Positions 52,746-61,856 of a stretch of DNA of 64,000 bases are shown here, piece after piece. Position 1 is the stretch's first letter; every line of letters begins with the position of its first letter. This DNA comes from Planctomycetota bacterium. GTDB taxonomy: Bacteria > Planctomycetota > PLA2 > JAEUHO01. Where the stretch lies: assembly GCA_020851795.1 (NCBI GenBank), contig JADZCA010000013.1:7428-71427 (forward strand), given 5' to 3'. The position numbers and the translations under genes are program-made. The notes beneath the pieces were generated by a model. That model ran no database searches. It was not told the origin of the DNA and saw only the letters and a list, made by a program, of their open reading frames with translations.

Positions 52746-53092
52746 GGCGCTGCAACCCTCCCGCGGGAGCCAATCCCCGACCTTGGATGCTACACCCGAA
52801 CCGGTCGCGCCGAGCCCGGGAGCCGCCGAGAATCGTCGGCGGCGCCCACGCCCGGCGCGCCGCGGGGGCGCCCTCGTCCGCGGATTCCGGATCGCGGCGC
52901 CGACGCGCGCCCACGGCGGCGGGACGCGCCGCGCGAGGCCGCCGGTGGGTCCGCCAGCGCGCCCACCGGGGCGCGAGGTCCCGTGCGCCGCACCCGGAGC
53001 GAGACCGCGCCGTCCGCTCGGACGCGGCGTGGAGCGCGCGGGCGGACCCGGCGCGGGCGGCGGGACCGAGCGCCCGCGCCCTCGTGGTGGCG

Positions 53093-53422
53093 CTACTTGG
53101 CGGCGATCACCGCGTCGAGCTGCTTCTGGTAGTCGCCCTTGCCGCGCAGGCCGATGATGCGGCCCTTCTCGGCGCCGCCCTTGACGAGGACCACGGTGGG
53201 CAGGCTCGTGATGCCGAACTTCACGGCCGTCTGCTTGGCCTTGTCGGCGTCCACGTAGAGGAACTTCGCCTTGCCGGCGTAGCTCGGCGCGAGCGCCTCG
53301 AGGATCGGCTTGAGCGCCTTGCAGGGCCCGCACCACGTCGCACCGAAGTCGAGGAGCACCGGGACGTCGCTCTTGGCGACCTGGGCGTCGAAGCTCGTGT
53401 CGTCGATCTCGGGCAGGGCCAT
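53093..53422 (-). CDS. trxA: thioredoxin
   Basis: WCGPC active site. 109 aa. Confidence 0.9.
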   Translation of the reverse strand: MALPEIDDTSFDAQVAKSDVPVLLDFGATWCGPCKALKPILEALAPSYAGKAKFLYVDADKAKQTAVKFGITSLPTVVLVKGGAEKGRIIGLRGKGDYQKQLDAVIAAK

Positions 53423-53595
53423 GCGCGCGCTCCGAAGGAAGGGAGCGGCCCACTCTACCGTCGCCGGGGGCCAACCCCGCGCCGGGGTCCCCCCGGGTCG
53501 GTGGCCCCCGATCGGTGCCCGCCCGGGGGGCGCGCGTAGCCTCATCCGCCTTGCCCACGGACCTCGTCGGTGCGCGGGCTCCCTCGGAGACCTCC

Positions 53596-54522
53596 ATGCG
53601 TCGCGTGATCGCTCTTGCCGCCGCCACCGCTGCCCTTGCGTTCGCCGCCGTCCCCGTCCGCGCCGAAGGCGAGAAGACGTACTCGTTCCCCGAGCGCGAG
53701 ACGTGGAAGGTCGGCGACGTCGCGACGCACACCGAGACGTCGCACAAGGTCCAGCGTCAGCTCGTCAAGTCGCCCGACGGCACCGTGATGCAGGACCAGT
53801 CGGCCGAGGAGAACGTCGCCTACGAGGCCGTGCTCGCGTGTCGCGAGGTCAACCAGGCCGGCGACTACACGAAGGCCGTCGTGTTCTTCAAGTCGTGGTC
53901 GCGCACCGTCGGCGGCCAGAAGGACGAGTCGCTCGCGGGCATGCACGTCGAGCTCTCGGGCCCGCCGACCGGCCGCACGGTGCGGGTCCTCGCGGCCGAC
54001 GCGAAGGTCTCCCCCGAGGCCGCGTCGTGGCTCGACGAGGAGCTCGGCAAGGGCGCCCGTCGCGAGTCCGAGTCGGGCAAGGTGTTCCTGCCCGAGAACC
54101 CGGTCGCGGTCGGCGCGTCGTGGTCGCCCCCGTTCGCCGTGCTCGCGAAGGCCTTCGACGGCGGCGGCCTCCAGTTCGACGAGGCGAAGTCGAGCGCCAA
54201 GCTCACGCTGAAGGCGGTCGAGGACGGCGTCGCGACCCTCGACATCGACTTCCAGATGCAGACGAAGGGCCTCCCGGCCGGCCCCGAGCCGGTCGCGTGG
54301 TCCGAGGGCGGCGTGCTCTCGATCAAGGGCGTCGGGCGCAAGGCGATCGAGGCGGGCGACCACCGCAACGACCACACCCTCACGGTGACGTTCCAGGGCT
54401 CGGCCCCGGTGCAGGGCGGCCCGATCGTCACGATCTCCGTGACGCAGGAGGGCGGCTCGAAGACGGTCGCCGGCGGCGAGATGCCGGCCGTCCCGGGCGA
54501 GGACGACGCCGACCCGAAGTGA
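53596..54522 (+). CDS. hypothetical secreted protein
   Basis: Signal peptide MRRVIALAAATAALAFAAVPVRA. 308 aa, Lys/Glu-containing composition unlike the R/G-rich artefact frames. Confidence 0.55.
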   Translation: MRRVIALAAATAALAFAAVPVRAEGEKTYSFPERETWKVGDVATHTETSHKVQRQLVKSPDGTVMQDQSAEENVAYEAVLACREVNQAGDYTKAVVFFKSWSRTVGGQKDESLAGMHVELSGPPTGRTVRVLAADAKVSPEAASWLDEELGKGARRESESGKVFLPENPVAVGASWSPPFAVLAKAFDGGGLQFDEAKSSAKLTLKAVEDGVATLDIDFQMQTKGLPAGPEPVAWSEGGVLSIKGVGRKAIEAGDHRNDHTLTVTFQGSAPVQGGPIVTISVTQEGGSKTVAGGEMPAVPGEDDADPK

Positions 54523-54639
54523 CCCCCGCGCGCGGGTCCCCCCGCGCCGTCGGTCTCTCCCGCGCCCGGCCGCCGTGCGGTGGCCGGGCGCGTTCGTCTC
54601 CGCTGCGTCGCGGCCCCGTGGCCGCCCGACGCGTCCCGC

Positions 54640-55119
54640 TCACCCGCGGTGGCCGTCCACCGCGAGCGCGCGCGCCAGCTCGGTCGCGGCCGCCTCGGCC
54701 TCGCGCTCGGGCAGCGCGTCGCCCGGTTCGGCGAGGAACACGCGCGGCCCCCGCAGGCGCTCGGGCGTGTCGTCGTAGCGCGGGATCACGTGGACGTGGG
54801 CGTGGCGCAGCACCTCGCCGATCGCGACCTGGTACGCGTGCGCCGCGCCGAGCACCTCGCGCTGCAGCCGCATCAGGCGGCGGGCGAGTGTCGCGAGCCG
54901 CGCGGTCTCGGCGTCGTCGAGGTCGTAGACGGCCCGCACGTGGCGCTCGGGCGCGATGACGAGCCAGCCGCGCACCGGCGTGGGCGCGGCGACCGCGTGG
55001 ACGACGAGCCCGTCGCGTCGCCACAGCACGCCGCCGGGCGGGCGCACGCGCCCGGCCACGATCTCGCACTCGAGGCAGGACGGGGGCGGGGGCGCGGGGG
55101 GAGGGGGTGCGGGCGGCAT
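54640..55119 (-). CDS. HIT-family hydrolase with an N-terminal polyproline leader
   Basis: CLECEIVAG … HAHVHVIPR histidine triad. N-terminus MPPAPPPPAPPPP. Confidence 0.75.
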   Translation of the reverse strand: MPPAPPPPAPPPPSCLECEIVAGRVRPPGGVLWRRDGLVVHAVAAPTPVRGWLVIAPERHVRAVYDLDDAETARLATLARRLMRLQREVLGAAHAYQVAIGEVLRHAHVHVIPRYDDTPERLRGPRVFLAEPGDALPEREAEAAATELARALAVDGHRG

Positions 55120-55157
55120 GACGGCGCTCCACGGGCCCCCGACGCCCCCGGGGCCGA

Positions 55158-55277
55158 CCTCGGAGTCTAGCCCGCCGAATTCACGAAAGACGAGGCCCGC
55201 CGGGCGCCGATCGCACGTCGGGCCCCCGTCGGGGCTCGCGGATTCGGCCCGGGCGCGCGTCGGGCGCGACGACCGCC
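55158..55277. repeat. MITE/REP-like intergenic repeat, copy B
   Basis: Near-identical to copy A (9100-9224). Lies in the HIT / RNase HII-like divergent region. Confidence 0.5.
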
Positions 55278-55323
55278 GAGCGAGCCCGGCGGCAGCGTCG
55301 GTGGGGGGCCGTGGAATGCGCGC

Positions 55324-56274
55324 ATGATCCGCCTCGGCCTCGACGAAGCCGGCTACGGCCCCCTGCTCGGCCCGCTCGTCGTCGGGATGGCCGCGCTGCG
55401 CGTCCCCGACGGCGGCGACGACGAGGACGTGCGCCGCCGCCTCGACGGGCTCGTGGCGCGCGCACGTGGCCGTCGGCGCAAGGGCGCGCTCCCGGTCGCG
55501 ATCGACGACAGCAAGGAGGTGCACGGGCGCTACGGCGTCGAGGGCCTCGCGCACGGCGTGGCGGCGGCCGCCGTCGCGGCGGGGCGCGCGGTCCCCACCG
55601 ACCTCGCCGACTGGCTCGAACGTTTCGGCGACCGCGGCCCCGACGCCTTCGGCGCCGACCCGTGGTTCGCCGAGCCCGAGCGCGCGCGGGTCCCGCCGTG
55701 GTCGCCGCCCGCGGGGCTGCGGGCCCAGTGGCTCCTGCGCGGCGTCGAGCCGCTCGGCGTCGTGGTGTCGCCGGTCACCCCCGCCGAGCTCAACGAGGCC
55801 TTCGACGCGCTCGACAACAAGGCGCGCGTGCTGTTCCTCGCGACGGCGGCACTGCTCGTGCGCGGCCTCGACGCCCATCCCGGCGAGGACGTCGAGGCGG
55901 TGCTCGACCGCGAGGGCGGGCGGCTCGACTACCTCGAGCCGTTGCGCGGCGTGTTCCCCTTCCACGACATCGAGCGCGAGGCCGCCCCCGCCGGCGAGGC
56001 GCGCTACCGCCTGACCGAGGGCGGGCGGCGCGTGCGGCTGCGCTTCGTGACCAAGGGCGACGGCGCCGACCTCGCCACGGGCCTCGCGAGCATGGCGGCC
56101 AAGCTCACCCGCGAGCTGTTCATGGACCGCCTCAACGCGTGGTTCCTCGCGCGCGCGCCCGGCGTGCGCCCGACGGCCGGCTACGTCGAGGACGGCCGCC
56201 GCTTCCTGCGCGACGTCGCCCCGGTGCTCGAGCGCGAGCGCGTGGACCTGCGTCGCCTCGTGCGCACGCGCTGA
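55324..56274 (+). CDS. ribonuclease HII-family protein (with C-terminal extension)
   Basis: GLDEAGYGPLLGPLVVG and DDSK motifs resemble the RNase HII DEAGRGPLxGPVV / DSK motifs. Confidence 0.5.
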   Translation: MIRLGLDEAGYGPLLGPLVVGMAALRVPDGGDDEDVRRRLDGLVARARGRRRKGALPVAIDDSKEVHGRYGVEGLAHGVAAAAVAAGRAVPTDLADWLERFGDRGPDAFGADPWFAEPERARVPPWSPPAGLRAQWLLRGVEPLGVVVSPVTPAELNEAFDALDNKARVLFLATAALLVRGLDAHPGEDVEAVLDREGGRLDYLEPLRGVFPFHDIEREAAPAGEARYRLTEGGRRVRLRFVTKGDGADLATGLASMAAKLTRELFMDRLNAWFLARAPGVRPTAGYVEDGRRFLRDVAPVLERERVDLRRLVRTR

Positions 56275-56318
56275 CGGGCGCCGCGGGGGCGGCGCCGCAC
56301 GTCTGCGCGGGACGCGTC

Positions 56319-57050
56319 CTACGGCGCGCCGTCCTCGACGCCGAGCGCGAGGAGGCGGGCGCGCGTCGCGTCGGCGAGCGCCTTGCGACCGGCCGACCCC
56401 TCGTAGCCCTCGGGGCCGAGCGCCTCGCCGAAGCGCACGGTGACCGTGCCGCTCCTCCGCGGGACCCACGCCCCCTTGGGCAGCACGTCGTGCGTGCCGA
56501 GCACCGCGATGGGCTGCACCGGCGCGCGCACCTGCACCGGGAGCGCGAGCGCCCCGGCCTTGAGCGCGGCGAGCCGGCCGTCGCGGCTGCGCGTCCCCTC
56601 CGGGAAGACGAGCGGGGAGAGCCCGCGGCGCTTCATCCGCTCGGCCATGCGCCCCACCAGCGCGAGCGCCTGGCGAGGGTCCTTGCGGTCCACGGAGAAG
56701 TGGCCCGCGAGCCGCAGGTACCACCCGATGAAGGGGAGCCAGATCAGGCTCGAGCGCGCGAGGAACCGCAGCTGCCCCGGGAACGCGGCGAGCAGCGCGG
56801 GGATGTCGAGGTAGGACGCGTGGTTGGCGACGAGCACCCTCGCCTGCGCCGCGTCGAGGTGCCGCTCGCCCTCGACGATGAGGCGCGCGCCGGCGGCGAA
56901 GAGCATCGCGCGGCCCCAGGCGCGCGCGACCGCGTGCGCGCCCCGCCCGCGCCCGCCGTCGAGGACGAGCCCGAGCGCGGCGAGGGTGAAGCCGAGCGCC
57001 GTGAGCACGGGCGCGAGCAGCAGCCAAGCCGTCGCGCGCACGACGCGCAT
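56319..57050 (-). CDS. plsC: 1-acyl-sn-glycerol-3-phosphate acyltransferase
   Basis: NHASYLD (HX4D) and FPEGTRS motifs. N-terminal TM. Confidence 0.8.
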   Translation of the reverse strand: MRVVRATAWLLLAPVLTALGFTLAALGLVLDGGRGRGAHAVARAWGRAMLFAAGARLIVEGERHLDAAQARVLVANHASYLDIPALLAAFPGQLRFLARSSLIWLPFIGWYLRLAGHFSVDRKDPRQALALVGRMAERMKRRGLSPLVFPEGTRSRDGRLAALKAGALALPVQVRAPVQPIAVLGTHDVLPKGAWVPRRSGTVTVRFGEALGPEGYEGSAGRKALADATRARLLALGVEDGAP

Positions 57051-57106
57051 CACGCCCTCCCGCCGCCGACGGCCCGCCGTGCGCGCACGGCGGGCCCTCC
57101 TCGCGC

Positions 57107-58804
57107 CTAGAACAGCCCGACGATCTCGCCGCGCTCGTCGAGGTCCACGTTCTCGAGGCCCGGGCGGCTGCCGAGCCCCGGCATCGTCTTCATCTCGCCG
57201 CACAGCGGGTAGAGGAAGCCCGCGCCGGCGGAGAGGCGCACCTCGCGCACCGGCAGGCGGAAGCCGGTCGGGCGGCCCTTGCGCTCCGGGTCGGCGGTGA
57301 GCGAGAGGTGGGTCTTCGCCATGCAGATCGGCAGGCCGCCGTAGCCGAGCTTCTCGTAGCGCGCGACGTCGGCGCTCGCCTGCTCGGACCAGTCCACGCC
57401 GTCGGCGCCGTACATGCGGCGGGCGATCGTCTCGACCTTCTCCTTCACCGGCGCCTCGAGCGGGTAGAGGAAGCGGAACTTGCCGCCGCCCTTCTCGCAC
57501 GCCGCGTCCACCGCGGAGGCGAGCGCGCGGCCGCCCTCGCCGCCCTTGCCGAAGACCTCGGAGACCTCGGCGGCGAACGCGCCGGCGCCGAGCGCGCGCT
57601 TGCGGACGAAGTCGTGCTCGCGGTCGGTGTCGCTCGGGAACCGGTTCACCGCGACGACGGCGGGCAGCCCGTGGATGCGGACGTTCTCGATCTGCTTCTC
57701 GAGGTTGCCGATGCCCGCCTCGATCGCGTCGAGGTCCTCGCGCTCGAGCGCGGGGTCGAGCGGCTTGCCGGGGACGATCTTGAAGCGGCCGCTGTGCATC
57801 TTGAGCGCGCGGACCGTCGTGACGACGACCGCGGCGGACGGGACGAGGCCCGACGCGCGGCACTTGATGTTGAAGAACTTCTCGCAGCCGATGTCGGCGC
57901 CGAAGCCGGCCTCGGTCACGACGTAGTCGGCGAGCTTGAGCGCGATCCGGTCGGCGACGATCGACGAGTTGCCGTGCGCGATGTTGGCGAACGGGCCGGC
58001 GTGCACGAAGCACGGCGTCCCCTCCGTCGTCTGCATCAGCGTCGGCTTGATCGCCTCGCGCAGGATGACGGCGGCGGCGCCCGCGCACTTCGTCGCGTCG
58101 GCGGTGACCGCCGTGCCGTCGGGGCGGTAGCCGAGGATCACGCGGCCGATGCGCTTGCGCATGTCCACGACGCCGTCGGCCAGCGCGAGGATCGCCATCA
58201 GCTCGCTCGCCACCGCGATGTCGAAGCCGGTGCGGCGCGGGACCCCGTTCTCGTCGCCGCCGAGCCCGACGAGGATGTCGCGGAGCACGCGGTCGTTGAT
58301 GTCCACGACCCGCCGCCACGAGACGCGCGCGGGGTCGAAGCCGAAGCGGTTCTTGAGCAGGATCGACGCGTCCACGTGCGCGGCGATCAGGTTGTGCGCC
58401 GCCGAGACCGCGTGGATGTCGCCCGTGAGGTGGAGGTTGAACTCCTCCATCGGGACGACCTGGCTCCACCCGCCGCCCGCCGCACCGCCCTTGATCCCGA
58501 ACAGCGGGCCCATCGAGGGCTGGCGCAGGCAGGTGAACACCTTCTTGCCGAGGCGCCCGAGGCCGAGCGACGTGCCGATCGTGTGGACCGTCTTGCCCTC
58601 GCCGAGCGGGGTCGGCGTGACGGCGGTCACGACGATGTAGCGCCCCTGCGGGCGGTCCTTGAGGCGGTCGATCGCCGACAGCGACACCTTCGCCTTGTGG
58701 TGCCCGTACGGCTCGACCTCGGCCGGCAGCAGCCCGGCCTTGGCGGCGATCGCGCCGATGGGCTTGAGGGGGACGGAGCGCGCGATCTCGAGGTCGTTCT
58801 TCAT
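57107..58804 (-). CDS. fhs: formate--tetrahydrofolate ligase
   Basis: Full-length 565 aa. PTPLGEGKTV P-loop and typical Fhs N- and C-termini. Confidence 0.95.
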   Translation of the reverse strand: MKNDLEIARSVPLKPIGAIAAKAGLLPAEVEPYGHHKAKVSLSAIDRLKDRPQGRYIVVTAVTPTPLGEGKTVHTIGTSLGLGRLGKKVFTCLRQPSMGPLFGIKGGAAGGGWSQVVPMEEFNLHLTGDIHAVSAAHNLIAAHVDASILLKNRFGFDPARVSWRRVVDINDRVLRDILVGLGGDENGVPRRTGFDIAVASELMAILALADGVVDMRKRIGRVILGYRPDGTAVTADATKCAGAAAVILREAIKPTLMQTTEGTPCFVHAGPFANIAHGNSSIVADRIALKLADYVVTEAGFGADIGCEKFFNIKCRASGLVPSAAVVVTTVRALKMHSGRFKIVPGKPLDPALEREDLDAIEAGIGNLEKQIENVRIHGLPAVVAVNRFPSDTDREHDFVRKRALGAGAFAAEVSEVFGKGGEGGRALASAVDAACEKGGGKFRFLYPLEAPVKEKVETIARRMYGADGVDWSEQASADVARYEKLGYGGLPICMAKTHLSLTADPERKGRPTGFRLPVREVRLSAGAGFLYPLCGEMKTMPGLGSRPGLENVDLDERGEIVGLF

Positions 58805-58820
58805 GGGGGGGGATGGACCG

Positions 58821-58851
58821 CCGCCCGCCCGGAACGAGCCCGGGCGGGCGG
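58821..58851 (-). terminator. 12-bp GC hairpin about 50 nt after the DUF11 lipoprotein stop
   Basis: ccgcccgcccgg / aacgagc / ccgggcgggcgg. Confidence 0.4.
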
Positions 58852-58899
58852 GAGGACGCGGGACGGGGATCGGCGCGCGGGGCCCGCGGCCCCGGCGCG

Positions 58900-61227
58900 T
58901 CAGCGGGCTTCCTTGATCGTCGTGCTCTCGCTCTCGTTGGCGAGCTCGGCGCCGTCGGAGGCGCGCTGGATCGAGGCCACGATCTTGACCCAGTTGCCGG
59001 GCGGCACGGCGGTCGCCTTCACGCGGAACACGAACTCGACCGCCTCATTGAGGTCGAGGCGGAACTCGTCGGAGACGGCGGTCTGGCCGCTGCCGTTCGT
59101 CGCGACGCCGCGCGAGGACGTGGCGCCGAGGAACTGGATCTCGGCCGGGAGCGTCAGGACCACCTTGAGGGGCGGGGTCGCCTGGGTGCCGACGTCGTTC
59201 TGGACCTTGAGGACGTAGAGGTACTCCTCGCCGACGACGAAGACGCCCTTCTCCTGGCGGTTGATGTCCTGGTCGATCATCTCGCTCTGCAGGGCGGGGA
59301 GGCCGGTCACCTCGACCTCGACCTCCTTGCGGACGGTGCAGCCCTGGCAGACGACCTCGGCGGTCACCGTGCACTTCGCGTTCGCCGTGCCGGTCGCCAC
59401 CCAGTCGTGGGCGACGGTCTGGCCGGGCGCGACCGTGCCGAGCGGGAAGTCCTTGACCCCGCCGTCGAGGCAGGGGCCGTGCGTCACGCGCACGACGCAG
59501 CCCTGCGCCGTGCCGTCGCCCTTGTTGGTCACCTTGACGGTGAAGTTGCCGGGCTCGGCGTAGCCGATGCGGCCGGGGGCGATGAGCTCCATCTCGAGCG
59601 CGCACTGCGTCGCGACGCACTCGCACGTGCTCGTCACCTCGGCGAACCCGTCGCCGGTGGCGCGCAGGGTCGAGGGGAGGCGGCCCGGCACGGTCGGCGT
59701 GCCGGTGAACTCGAACTCCTCGACGCGACCCGGGGCCAGCTCGGGCACCGCCGCCGCGTTCTGGCTGCCCGGCGTCATGCCCTGCGGCCAGTCGAGCTGG
59801 AGGCGGACGTTGCGGATGACGCCCTGGCCCGCGTTCTTCAGGACGCCGACGATGCGCATCGGCGTGCCGACGTCGGCGGAGCCGGGCTCGCAGCGGCAGG
59901 AGACCTCGAGGCGGCCGCGGACGGTCTGCACCGAGCAGGCGCACTGGGTCGTCGCGCCGCCCTTGGCGGTGGAGGCCGACCACTGCAGGGTCTGCTCGCC
60001 CTCGGCCACCGCGTTGAAGCGGACGGCCTTCTGGACGGTCTGGCCGGGGCCGACCTCGCCGAGCGAGAGCGGGAACGTCGTGCCGTCGGCGACCTGCAGG
60101 CCCGGGGGCGGCGTGCACTGCACGACCACCTCGCCGGCCGACGCGTCGCCCGAGTTCGTGACGGTGAACACGGCGTCCACCGGGTCGCCTTGGACGACCT
60201 GCGCCGTCGAGAGCGCGCAGCGGCAGTCCACCGCGACCTTCTGCCACGTCTTGCGCACGATCGAGGTGCGCGGGCACTCGAGGTCCTGGAAGCGGCCCTT
60301 CGCCGTGAAGCGGACGCGGTTCGTGCCGGCGCCGCCCGTGTTGCGCAGCGAGAAGGTCGCGTTGCCGTCGGGACCGGTCACGAGCGTGGCGAGGCGCCCG
60401 CCGCCGTCGAAGGTGGCGTCGGGGCCGTCGAGCACCTCGGCCTCGACCGGCGTGCCGGCGATGCCGGCGCCGTCGGAGGCGCGGCGGACGTTGACCGTGA
60501 ACGCGTGGGCGGCGTCGGGGAGCAGGTTCGTCGCGTCGTCGGGGAAGCGGACGGAGTAGTCGGCCCACACCTTCTTCGCGAAGATCTTGTGGCGGCTGCC
60601 GTCCTTGATGCCCGGGACGTACGCGATGATGTCGGTGACGCCCTCGTAGACGGACGTGACGGTGATCCAGCTCTGGCCCTTGCCGACGTGGATGTCGGGC
60701 ATGCGGGTGCCGTTCTGGTCGACGAACGGGTAGTTGTTCGCCGCGTCGATCGTCTCGTCCTCCCAGTTCGTCACGGAGACGCCGTACTGGTTGTCGATCT
60801 TGTTGCCGCCGTTGCCCGGGCGGGCCGAGCGCAGCGGGGCGATCGCGTCGTCGGTGTACTGGTCGTCCACCGCGACGATGTCGCCGACCGCCTTCTCCTG
60901 GCGGGCGAGGATCCACTCGACGCGCTGGCCCGGCATCGGGCAGCCGCAGTTGTCGAGCACGGTGACGACGAGCGTGTGCTGCGTGCGCACCGGGTTGCAG
61001 TCCACCGCCGGCGAGACGCGCTCGTCCCACACGACGGCCATCGGGCGGCGCGTCGAGGCGGGACGCGGCGCCGCCGCGACGGTGCCCGGGGCCGCCGGGC
61101 GCGCGACGACGACCGGCGCACGCGGCGTGGGGTCTTCCGTCCGCGGCTCGGCAGGCTGGAGCCGAGTGCCGCGACACGACGTCGCGACCGCCGCCACCGC
61201 GAGCAGACCGAGGCTGCGCCACTTCAT
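58900..61227 (-). CDS. Cys-rich surface lipoprotein with tandem DUF11-type repeat domains
   Basis: Lipoprotein signal MKWRSLGLLAVAAVATSC. Repeated about 100-aa units with TV(K)VTN.GD… motifs and many paired Cys residues. Confidence 0.65.
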   Translation of the reverse strand: MKWRSLGLLAVAAVATSCRGTRLQPAEPRTEDPTPRAPVVVARPAAPGTVAAAPRPASTRRPMAVVWDERVSPAVDCNPVRTQHTLVVTVLDNCGCPMPGQRVEWILARQEKAVGDIVAVDDQYTDDAIAPLRSARPGNGGNKIDNQYGVSVTNWEDETIDAANNYPFVDQNGTRMPDIHVGKGQSWITVTSVYEGVTDIIAYVPGIKDGSRHKIFAKKVWADYSVRFPDDATNLLPDAAHAFTVNVRRASDGAGIAGTPVEAEVLDGPDATFDGGGRLATLVTGPDGNATFSLRNTGGAGTNRVRFTAKGRFQDLECPRTSIVRKTWQKVAVDCRCALSTAQVVQGDPVDAVFTVTNSGDASAGEVVVQCTPPPGLQVADGTTFPLSLGEVGPGQTVQKAVRFNAVAEGEQTLQWSASTAKGGATTQCACSVQTVRGRLEVSCRCEPGSADVGTPMRIVGVLKNAGQGVIRNVRLQLDWPQGMTPGSQNAAAVPELAPGRVEEFEFTGTPTVPGRLPSTLRATGDGFAEVTSTCECVATQCALEMELIAPGRIGYAEPGNFTVKVTNKGDGTAQGCVVRVTHGPCLDGGVKDFPLGTVAPGQTVAHDWVATGTANAKCTVTAEVVCQGCTVRKEVEVEVTGLPALQSEMIDQDINRQEKGVFVVGEEYLYVLKVQNDVGTQATPPLKVVLTLPAEIQFLGATSSRGVATNGSGQTAVSDEFRLDLNEAVEFVFRVKATAVPPGNWVKIVASIQRASDGAELANESESTTIKEAR

Positions 61228-61447
61228 GGCACGTCTCCGTGGCCACCGTCCGCCCGGGCGGACGGAGCTCCCTCCGTCCGGGTGGCCGACCCGGACGGCG
61301 CCGAACCGGGGCACGACCCGGCGAGGCCGGGGCGCACGCCCTCCCATGCGAGCGATCGGACGGAATCTAGCAGGACTTCGGTGCGATCACCCACCCGGTC
61401 CGCCCCCGACCGTTCCGCCCCGGGCCCCCCGGGGGGCGTCGATACAC

Positions 61448-61516
61448 CCGTGCCCGGCACGACTGTACCCATTGCGTGCAAAATGCAAATGAAGAGGCCA
61501 TTCGTGCCGGGCACGG
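61448..61516. promoter_or_regulatory. 14-bp inverted repeat pair flanking a TGCAAAATGCAA palindrome, upstream of the DUF11 gene
   Basis: ccgtgcccggcacg …(gtgcaaaatgcaa at 61477-61489)… cgtgccgggcacgg. A locally AT-richer island in a ~300-bp intergenic region. Confidence 0.3.
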
Positions 61517-61535
61517 ATGGACCTGCGCGGGGGTC

Positions 61536-61856
61536 TCAGAAGGGGCCGACCGGGGTCGCCTTCAGCGGGCAGCCGCAGGGCCGCCGGTGGCACGACGGGC
61601 ACCCGTCGCGGTAGGGCGCCGCCGCCTGCGCGAGGTCCACCCCGGCGAGCGAGGCGAGCGAGGAGAGCCACGCCAGCACGTCGCCGAACTCCTCGCGCAG
61701 GTTCTCCGGCTCGCCCTTCTTGAGCGCCCGGGCGAGCTCGCCCACCTCCTCGACGAACCAGACGAACGTGCCCGCCAGCCCCCGGCGACGGTCGCGCTCG
61801 AGGAAGGTCGCCTCGATGGACCGCTGGAAGGACGCGACCGAGGGCTCGTCGCTCAC
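61536..61856 (-). CDS. MazG-like nucleotide pyrophosphohydrolase (small)
   Basis: FVWFVEEVGELARAL … EEFGDVLAWLSSLASLAGVDL. GTG at 61856 overlaps the PP2C stop (GTGA). Confidence 0.55.
   Translation of the reverse strand: MSDEPSVASFQRSIEATFLERDRRRGLAGTFVWFVEEVGELARALKKGEPENLREEFGDVLAWLSSLASLAGVDLAQAAAPYRDGCPSCHRRPCGCPLKATPVGPF

Noticed and set aside
52746-53092. 347-bp non-coding gap upstream of the DUF2780 gene with a 67-aa minus-strand ORF
   Set aside because: The ORF is R/G-rich with no start context. The region is more likely promoter or leader.
55120-57027. Upstream 630 codons of ORF 54640..57027
   Set aside because: Antisense to the RNase HII-like and plsC genes. It contains the translated repeat element.
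58805-58812. G8 homopolymer directly upstream of the fhs start (C8 on the mRNA strand, no Shine-Dalgarno)
   Set aside because: It lies outside the coding sequence. A slipped-strand phase-variation role is speculative, and it is probably just a GC-rich leader.
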